A DNA stretch of 6,576 nt, taken from assembly GCA_054661495.1 (NCBI GenBank), contig BAAFSQ010000434.1:1-6576 (forward strand), given 5' to 3'. A model generated the notes under the pieces. That model was not told where the DNA came from and did no database searches. It saw only the letters and a program-made list of their open reading frames with translations. This document shows, piece by piece, positions 1 to 6,576 of this stretch. How positions within the stretch are numbered: position 1 is the stretch's first letter; each line of letters begins with the position of its first letter. A program made the position numbers and the translations under genes. This stretch comes from Zygophlyctis sp. KS116 (lineage: Eukaryota > Fungi > Chytridiomycota).

Positions 1-903
1 AGAAATATCGTGAGTATGCCATCCTTGCATTTCTGTAGGATATCCTTCATTATTGGCAGATGCTGAAATAACAACCTTGATGTTAGAAGCCATCATACAA
101 GAAATTGCATTGATAAGATTGAATGGAAATTCCTTGACAATTGAAGGATTAAACAAAGCATTGTACTGATCAAAAATAACAATCCATTCGAGATTGTTCA
201 TATGAACATAATCGACAATAGAATCAATCATATCCATCATTTTTTCCACCTTGTCGCTTCCAGAGACTGCTTTACACCATTCTACTATGGACTTTTCTCC
301 GATTGCATCGTCATAAAAGGTAGTAACAAGTTCTCTGAGGAAAACCCCGTTTCCAACATCCCTCCACAAAGCACAGTCATTAATGTATGTAACTCTATAT
401 TTTTCCCTATTCAGCCGATATTCAGCAGCCAAAAGATATAAAAAATAGCTCTTTCCGATTCCCACAGGACCTCGAACATAAATTCCAGAGAATTCTTCTG
501 AATCAAGTGAATCAACTTCTTGCTTAAGGAGAGGATAAGACTTTCTCACAATCACAAATACAGATTTTTCCTTGACTTTAATTCTATGTTGAAGTTTATG
601 GGGAGAAATCAGAGGAAGAAACAGGGAAGATGTTCCGGAGAAACCAGCAGAGGATAGACCTTTTCGAACAGACTGCAGTGCTTCTTGTGACTTTCTAGCA
701 AATTCAATGGTCGCTTCAAATGATTTCATCGGTAAAGAAGGGAATTCGGCATCTACTTCACTTATTGGTCGCTTTCTTGGATTTGGCAGATGTTTGCTTG
801 AAGACATTGCTGAAAGCATCAAATTCAAGATTTAAAACTTCAGTCTGATGTTTTAAGAAACCGATATCTTACCTGCTGTTTTAGAGAAAAAACTTGACGG
901 CAT
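1..903 (-). CDS. P-loop NTPase, probably Crinkler/RHS-associated (CR-NTPase-like); 3'-partial, continues past position 1
   Basis: Manual translation gives an open frame from ATG 807 to 1 (269 codons, no stop, so it is missing from the ORF track): MSSSKHLPNPRKRPISEVDAEF...GIYVRGPVGIGKSYFLYLLA...RVTYINDC...WIVIFDQYNALF...KVVISASANNEGYP. Walker A GPVGIGKS is at 471-448, Walker B WIVIFDQ at 186-166, and a sensor-like SASANN at 66-49. A possible upstream exon 903-873 (MPSSFFSKTA) joins in frame through a 63-nt GTAAGA...TTTCAG intron (872-810). The family assignment is from recalled motif patterns, not a search. Confidence 0.8.
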
Positions 904-940
904 TTGCGGCGCAGGTCTTTCAGTCTTGATGACACCAATG

Positions 941-1002
941 AGGGCTACTTTGTCCTAAGGGTTATTTTCCTGTTACTTTTAGGAGGGTTACCTGAAGGGT
1001 TA
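941..1002. promoter_or_regulatory. Cluster of telomere-like AGGGTTA/TAACCCT boxes in the divergent intergenic region
   Basis: AGGGTTA occurs at 958-964, 984-990 and 996-1002, plus a one-mismatch AGGGCTA at 941-947. All are in the same orientation, between ATG 903 (-) and ATG 1028 (+). Confidence 0.5.
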
Positions 1003-1027
1003 TTAGACGGTCAAAGACTTTAGAAGA

Positions 1028-1651
1028 ATGGCTGATCCCGTGCAATATCTTCATCTTGTAAGAGACACTCTCTCTCACAAGGACTATTTACAATTTTGTA
1101 AAATCATGGCAGAATACAAGTCTAATAGAATTTGTACGCAGGAAACAGTCAAGGAGGCTTTGAGAATATTTGGGAATAATTTGGATTTGAAAAAAGGATT
1201 TCAAATATTTTTACCAGAGAATTATTCTTTAGAAAAGAATTTTTTGGAAAATGTAAAAGAAAAAACTAGGAATAATCCTCTCTTGTATAATCAGTTCTTG
1301 TTAATTCTGCATTCACGTTTATTAGGATCAAATATTGAGGAAATTCACGCTCAATTATTAGAATTGTTCAAGGATTATCCAGACTTGATGCAAGATGTGG
1401 TGAATTTAAATGATTTGGAAATTTTAGAATCTCATTCAAAGGATTTACAAGATCAGACTGTTGTAGTAATTGAAGACGAGCCAGTTGTTGACGAAAATAC
1501 AAGACTTCTAGGTCCAGGTGTAGATTTAGAGTCTGGGCAAGGTCAAATTGGGAAAAAATTTGTTTATTTTTTGGTTTGTACAAGTGTTTGGATGGTGATG
1601 ATGACTTTTGTAATTTATTATGGATTTTTAATTGGTTATAAAAAGTTTTAA
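1028..1651 (+). CDS. Tandem PAH (Sin3-type paired amphipathic helix) domain protein with a C-terminal transmembrane anchor
   Basis: aa 3-63 (DPVQYLHLVR...YLQFCKIMAEYKSNRICTQETVKEALRIFGNNLDLKKGFQIFLP) follows the Sin3 PAH1 pattern (YL.QVK...Y..FL.IMKEFKSQ.IDT..VI.RV..LF.GHP.LI.GFN.FLP). aa ~71-125 (FLENVK...NPLLYNQFLLILH...IEEIHAQLLELFKDYPDL) follows PAH2/3. A hydrophobic segment at aa 178-202 is flanked by KK on both sides. Single ORF, ATG to TAA. Confidence 0.85.
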   Translation: MADPVQYLHLVRDTLSHKDYLQFCKIMAEYKSNRICTQETVKEALRIFGNNLDLKKGFQIFLPENYSLEKNFLENVKEKTRNNPLLYNQFLLILHSRLLGSNIEEIHAQLLELFKDYPDLMQDVVNLNDLEILESHSKDLQDQTVVVIEDEPVVDENTRLLGPGVDLESGQGQIGKKFVYFLVCTSVWMVMMTFVIYYGFLIGYKKF

Positions 1652-1712
1652 AAATTTTGTAAAAGTTTACAATTTCCATCTTGATCTAAGTAGACGCGGT
1701 CCATGATTAGGC

Positions 1713-1759
1713 ACTCAATAATATTGAGGGTCTTACTCATATTGAGTCAATAGGAGTAA
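1713..1759. repeat. Cluster of short related palindromes in the convergent intergenic region
   Basis: CTCAATA-A-TATTGAG at 1714-1728 and TTACTC-A-TATTGA-G-TCAATA-G-GAGTAA at 1733-1759. Confidence 0.6.
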
Positions 1760-1811
1760 AAGATTGGTATTTAGCAAATGTCCAATTAATTTATTTTGCT
1801 CTCCCTAATCT

Positions 1812-3474
1812 TCATACTAGAGGCTCTCCAGTCATTTCTTTAGGGATTTCTACTCCCATGACTTTCAGGATTGTGGGTGCGACATCACACAAGGCTGCAT
1901 CATGCTTAACTTTAAAAGTTTGAGTTTTACTAGTCATAATAAAAGGAACTGAATTTAAATTAAAATAAATTACCTGGATTAGTAGTATGAGCAGTATGAG
2001 GTTGGTCATTCTCTCCAAACATTTTTTCTGCATTTCCGTGGTCGGCTGTAACAAATAGAATTGTACCAGTTTTCTCGCATGCATCAAAGATTAGGCCTAT
2101 AGCTGTATCGGTAGCTTCGACACCCTTAATAGCTGCTTCATATACTCCAGTATGTCCCACCATGTCGGGTGGAGCAAAGTTACACATTACAAAGGGATAT
2201 TCACCTTTTAAAATAGTCTCTGCAACCTTTTGACCAACCTGTATAGCACTCATTTGAGGTTCTAGATCATAAGTTGCTACTTTTGGAGATGGGATTAATT
2301 CACGATCTTCTAAAGGATATTTATCTTCAATGCCTCCATTGAAAAAGAATGTGACATGAGCAAATTTCTCAGTCTCTGCCTGATGACTTTGACGAATCTT
2401 ATTTTTTGATAACCACTCCTTTATATTAATCAAATTTAAAAATACAGCCAAAACATTTGTCATTACTTGAGGAGGAAAAACCACAGTAAAAGGAAAATCA
2501 GCCTTGTATTGAGTCATTGTAGTGATTGACTATGATTAATTTTGAAAAAAGTACAATATCTCTTGGAATTTTACAAGTTTCAAAAGGTATTGGAGCTATT
2601 CCCAGAGCCTGATTAATCTCTCTCATCCTATCACTTCTGAAATTAAAAAACAATAGCGTATCTCCATCTTGAATTCTCCCATTTTCCCCAAGTATTATTG
2701 GTTTGATGAATTCTATTTTCAGCTAAATAAACCCACCATCCGTTTCTCCCTTGAGATAGCTATCTTCCAAACTTTCCATGACATTATTAGACTTTTGTCC
2801 AATTCCTTGGACAAGACCTTCATAAGCAACTTTAATTCTTTCCCATCTCTTATCTCTGTCCATTGCATAATAACGTCCAGTAAAACTTGACAATTCTCCA
2901 TAATTAATATGTTTAATATATTCCAAAAGCGTAGATAAGTAACCTTTGGCAGATTTAGGTGCTGTATCTCTTCCATCTCCAAAAGCCTGAATAAAGGTAT
3001 TTGGAACACCGGCTTCCTTTGCGCCTTGTTTTTAGTTTAAGTTACAAACCTTTTAAAAGTGCCAGCAAGTGATTTATATGAGAGTGCACACCTCCATCCG
3101 ACAATAATCCCAACAGATGAAGTCGTTTATTTCCATTTTTAGCTCTCTCAAACGCCTTTACTACGCCGTCTTCCAGACATAAAGTTGATTTCTTGATTGC
3201 TAATTCTATTCGAACAATATCCTGATAAACCACTCTTCCCTTTCTTATAAATAAACATATAACATACAGCTCCAATGTTCAAATGTCCAACTTCAGAATT
3301 TCCCATGAGTCCTTCTGGGAGTCCAACATCCAAACCAGACGCACTCAAAGGCATAAACGGAAATTCGTTCGACAACCTTGTCATGCATGGAGTATTTGCT
3401 GCTTTTACTGCATTACCGGCTTCATTAGAGTCTATTCCCCAGCCATCAATCACCACCAGACAAGTTTTCTGCAT
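1812..3474 (-). CDS. gpmI: 2,3-bisphosphoglycerate-independent phosphoglycerate mutase (iPGM), 7 exons, 502 aa
   Basis: Exons 3474-3268, 3239-3050, 3024-2737, 2712-2555, 2529-2446, 2418-1974 and 1948-1812 total 1509 nt. Hallmark motifs are present: VIDGWG, GNSEVGH (phospho-Ser codon 3297-3295), SDGGVHSH, DGRD, GRYYAMDRD.RWER, FNFRSDR, AETEKFAHVTFFFNGG, PDMVGHTG, TADHGNAE, HTAHT and DVAPT. Confidence 0.97.
1949..1973 (-). other. iPGM intron 6 (25 nt)
   Basis: GTAATT...TTCAG; removal restores HTTNPVPFI. Confidence 0.92.
2419..2445 (-). other. iPGM intron 5 (27 nt, in-frame, no stop)
   Basis: GTATTT...TAAAG; removal restores the conserved NVLAEWLS. Confidence 0.85.
2530..2554 (-). other. iPGM intron 4 (25 nt)
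   Basis: GTACTT...CATAG; joins PRDI|SITTMTQY. Confidence 0.88.
2713..2736 (-). other. iPGM intron 3 (24 nt)
   Basis: GTGGGT...ATAG, containing an in-frame TAG; removal restores GETDEFIKP. Confidence 0.9.
3025..3049 (-). other. iPGM intron 2 (25 nt)
   Basis: GTTTGT...CAAG; removal restores LLK-G-AKEAGVP and the frame to DGRD. Confidence 0.9.
3240..3267 (-). other. iPGM intron 1 (28 nt)
   Basis: GTATGT...AAAG; removal restores NIGA|GRVVYQD. Confidence 0.9.
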
Positions 3475-3634
3475 TTTCCAATTAATAGGGCCGTAAGACG
3501 AACGATTGCTGATCAATATGCAATTCATACGCCCTATTGATCTGTATTCCAATGCTTTAATGCATCATAATCTAATCAAGAGGGACACTCCAATGCATTG
3601 AAATTTATAACGCATAAAAAGGAAAGTCTAAAAT

Positions 3635-6576
3635 TTATTTCGTACTTAGCGCTGTATGGAGATTTTCAATGTATTCAATCATGGCCTTTGTATTGCGGAG
3701 GACATCATATGGAACCATGTATAAAACTAGTTTTAATAAAATATTAATCTTACCTCCACGAGCATACTTTGTTTCTGCAATGATGCTTTTTCTAATAGCT
3801 CCAAAGACCCAAAAGAATATGATAAAACTGGCAGCTAGTCCAACTGCATAAGAAATGTTGGCGGCAAGTATACCACGTTTAATAGTCTCATTCAATATAC
3901 TCTTTGCCTCGTTAATAGCCTGATAAGCACCAGCTTCTCCTTCAAGAAGAGGGATTTCATACATAAAGTGGAAATCAGCTTCGGCGGATGAGTCCTTTCT
4001 GATATCTAGTTCATTCTTGTTAACATTATACAGCTCCAAAACTCGAGTAGAATACTTTCGAGAACTACGAATGAAATTCTGAACTACATTAGAAAAGCCA
4101 TTATAAGTCTTTGCTACCCAATTTTCAGGCATATACTCAGAGTCCTCTGTTACGCAACGATATAAACCATTTGGTGTATTGAAGCATTGAGATTGGGTAA
4201 AGACATCAATAACTCGAGGATAACCTTGCATCAAGGTAACTGCATCTATATATGCCTCTTCCAACTATAATTAATGAAATAAAATTTACAGTATCAATAG
4301 CGTCTTCAAAATTATGGACTCCTTTTTCAAATGGTGCACAAAAGACTGTATTGGGGCACTTGAAGTATCCTGCAAATATTTGCCAAGAGACAGCTTCCAT
4401 ATTGAGATATAAGACACTTAAATCCTTCAGTAAACTAATCGTGCGATTAATTTCCGTATTGTCTACAAATCGATAGATTGCATGTACTATTGGGGGTAAA
4501 GATAAAGCTATCAAGCCGACCATAAATGTAATGTAAATTCCTTGACTGCGATCAGCTAACACCTAGAAATTAAGCAAGATTATGAGATTTACAGTAATTT
4601 CTTGAGATTCTGATTCAGCACCTTCTTCCTGTTCTTCTTCTTCTTCCTCTTCTTCATCTTGCTCGTCGGTTTTCTCTTCCTCTTCATCTTCTTCACTACT
4701 GCCGGAAACATAAACACGATGAACAAGATCATAGATGACAGATTTAGGCATAAGTATAAGCAGGCGAAGAATACGCTCTCGATCAGCCTGAACTTGTCGT
4801 ATCTTTGGCAATATCAAAAAGAAGAAAGACGCCTATCATGATTAAAGATATAAAATATACCAATCCAATAATAAGAGAGACTATCGCCATTATGAAATGG
4901 AAAATCATATTGTTGTTAACGGTGGTGGTAGCCTGAGGAGGAATCATATCACACATTTCTTTTATAAAATCAACCAGCTTATAGCGATTGGATATAAGAA
5001 AAGCCCAGTCTCTCTGCGAAGATTCATCAATCTTTCCTGTTGCCCTAAGTGAATCAATTCCAGAAGACACGGTCCCTAAAACATTCCAAAAGGTGACTAA
5101 ATTTGACAATACAGGTACTTGCCAATCACCGTTCACAAATCTGTTAACTTCGAATTGCCCTTGGATTGCCTGATCAAAAATATCTCCAGGTACACGGATC
5201 TTTGCGTATTCCTCTTTAAGGATATTAATTCGGAAAACCATTTCATTACTATAATTTCCAAGCATCCATTCCATAGTATATTGAGGAAAAAATCCATAAT
5301 CAACTGTACCGTCTTCCAACAATATTCTCGACAAATTGCCGTTAGTGAAACTTTCGTTTCTTACTTTCGCAGCCTCAACACCAGATTTGATCCAGGGACA
5401 AAGGGGCCGTTCGGAAGTTGAATGAATTTCATTCCAAGAACATTTTGAGACCGTTAATTCTTCATCCATTCTTAATTCAAGTAAACGAGCGGCAGTAATG
5501 ACTTCATTTATCACAACATCCATATTCTGTATGTTTTGCATCAAAGTATAGTAAGGCACCGGGGTTTGTATTGTATTGGTGACAATAAGTCCGATTATGA
5601 AGAATATAACATATACGCCAAGAATAACATTCAAAACAGTTCCAAATTGAGAGAGAGATGGATCTTCCTTATTTGAATTCTTAACAAACTTTAGCTTGGC
5701 GAGTAAGGCCATGAATTTGGTATTAGAAGAAACTGAGCTAGAGCCGCCACTTCTTGAGCTGCCATGACTACTACTATTCAAACTATTAGATAGAACAGAA
5801 TGCTGATCATCCAATGCTGCGACACCGATGCCCCCTGAACTTGCAAGAGCTGAAGACCCTTTGGATGATCCTTTTTTCCCTTTAAACTTCATCCTGCGAC
5901 CATCAGATCCGACAGAGTTCGAGGACTTTAGTGCATTCGAAGCTGTCATGGATCCTGATTGCAAAGAAGCCAAAGTTGTGCCTAAAGACTTGGTATTAAC
6001 TACATATCTGGTTATAAGATCTTTTTCACATCTTTCTTCAATTTTTCGATGACGTAATCTTCCAATAAAGTTCTTTGTTCCGTCAGGCTTAATTTGTTCG
6101 GTAACTTGTATCTCTATAGGGAAAACAGTTGAATCACGATGAATTGTATCGACAGTACGAGCAATTCCTACAACTCTGGCAACTCCTGTATCTTTATATC
6201 TTTGCAAATAGTAGTCATGTTGATCAGCAACCTCCTGTGACTGAATATATTTGATATTTCGCCCGATTGTTTCTTCTGGCTCAAATCCAAGAAGCATAAA
6301 CGCATCCTCGTTCATTTTCAAAACATTTCCAATTTCGTCAATAGTTAGAAGGGCATCTAATTCTGATAAATCTCTGATACGCATTCTTATTGCCCCATCA
6401 GGTCTTTCATCCAAGCAAAAACTGATTGGAAGCAAAGTGTAATTCTTGTTGCAGGCAATAAGATAGAAATTCAAATCAGGACTTCTTAGAGCAGTAGTGA
6501 ACCAGAATGATTTCGCCTGAGAAGGGCGATCAGGTAGCACAGGGATAAGTACTTCTATCGGCTGACCAATAAAGTC
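3635..6576 (-). CDS. PAS-domain multi-pass membrane protein, TmcB/TmcC (tiny macrocysts)-like; 5'-partial
   Basis: Exons >6576-4861, 4832-4593, 4562-4290, 4264-3754 and 3726-3635 splice in frame (about 943 aa visible). In order: the end of a PAS-like segment (DFIGQPIEVLIP at the window edge), a FixL-like PAS (6357-6052), a Ser/Gly-rich linker, TM1 (~5637-5581), a loop with N-x-S sequons, TM2 (~4910-4815), an acidic tract, TM3 (~4540-4480), a loop, TM4 (~3860-3795) and a terminal ARGVLYMVP motif. The TmcB-like call rests on the recalled architecture. Confidence 0.8.
3727..3753 (-). other. PAS-gene intron (27 nt, in-frame, no stop)
   Basis: GTAAGA...ACTAG, very AT-rich; removal gives ETKYARGVLYMVP. 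Confidence 0.75.
4265..4289 (-). other. PAS-gene intron (25 nt)
   Basis: GTAAAT...TATAG; joins AIDT|LEEAY in frame. Confidence 0.87.
4563..4592 (-). other. PAS-gene intron (30 nt)
   Basis: GTAAAT...TCTAG; its terminal TAG is the ORF stop, and removal joins QEIT|VLADRS. Confidence 0.85.
4623..4694 (-). repeat. Coding (GAA/GAG)n low-complexity tract encoding poly-Glu
   Basis: TTC/CTC triplet run on the + strand, encoding a 24-aa Glu/Asp-rich stretch in a predicted cytoplasmic loop. Confidence 0.85.
4833..4860 (-). other. PAS-gene intron (28 nt)
   Basis: GTATAT...GATAG; joins ORF 4783..6540 to ORF 4563..4817 in frame (IIGL|ASFFFLILPK). Confidence 0.85.

Noticed and set aside
202-441. 79-aa plus-strand ORF
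   Set aside because: Antisense shadow of the NTPase frame, with no recognisable motifs.
955-1005. True telomere or interstitial telomeric array
   Set aside because: The motifs are isolated heptamers with irregular spacers, not tandem TTAGGG repeats.
1028-1651. Canonical SIN3 gene
   Set aside because: Far too short, with no HDAC-interaction domain; it ends in a TM and is bounded by a convergent gene 160 bp away.
1368-1679. 103-aa minus-strand ORF
   Set aside because: Antisense to the PAH gene, which has clear domain similarity.
1812-3552. iPGM as a frameshifted pseudogene or a split bacterial gpmI
   Set aside because: Every break is resolved by a GT-AG micro-intron, giving an intact 502-aa protein with the catalytic motifs present.
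3475-3552. 26-aa N-terminal extension of iPGM shown in the ORF track
   Set aside because: It starts at a non-ATG codon, and homology begins at MQKTCLVVIDGWG (ATG 3474). An in-frame ATG at 3528 exists, but nothing supports its use.
3635-4817. Three separate small minus-strand membrane-protein genes
   Set aside because: They begin at TTG/GTG at or just after intron acceptors and splice in frame into one PAS-protein gene.
2669-6442. Assorted short plus-strand ORFs (60-100 aa) and alternative-frame minus ORF 2719..3009
   Set aside because: They overlap well-supported exons in antisense or off-frame and have no independent evidence.
1-6576. Ciliate origin or reassigned stop codons, suggested by 25-nt introns and a TmcB-like gene
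   Set aside because: Long exons contain no in-frame TAA/TAG, genes end in TAA or TGA, and the iPGM looks fungal-type.
1812-6576. Functional link between a putative O2 sensor and the adjacent glycolytic gene
   Set aside because: Adjacency in a compact eukaryotic genome is not evidence of co-function without conserved synteny.

Overview
AT-rich, gene-dense eukaryotic DNA in the standard genetic code. Gene content and intron style suggest an early-diverging (chytrid-like) fungus; this is inference. Four genes are separated by only about 125-160 bp. (1) A minus-strand P-loop NTPase, absent from the ORF track, runs off the left edge and resembles the Crinkler/RHS-type (CR-NTPase) class. (2) A divergent, intronless 207-aa protein has two Sin3-like PAH domains, acidic-dileucine and DxE sorting motifs, and a C-terminal membrane anchor. 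(3) A complete 7-exon cofactor-independent phosphoglycerate mutase (iPGM, 502 aa). (4) The 3' part (about 943 aa) of a TmcB/TmcC-like multi-pass membrane protein with a FixL-like heme-PAS domain. Ten GT-AG introns of only 24-30 nt can be reconstructed, two of them in-frame and stop-free. The short divergent promoter between genes 1 and 2 carries three perfect telomere-like TAACCCT boxes.
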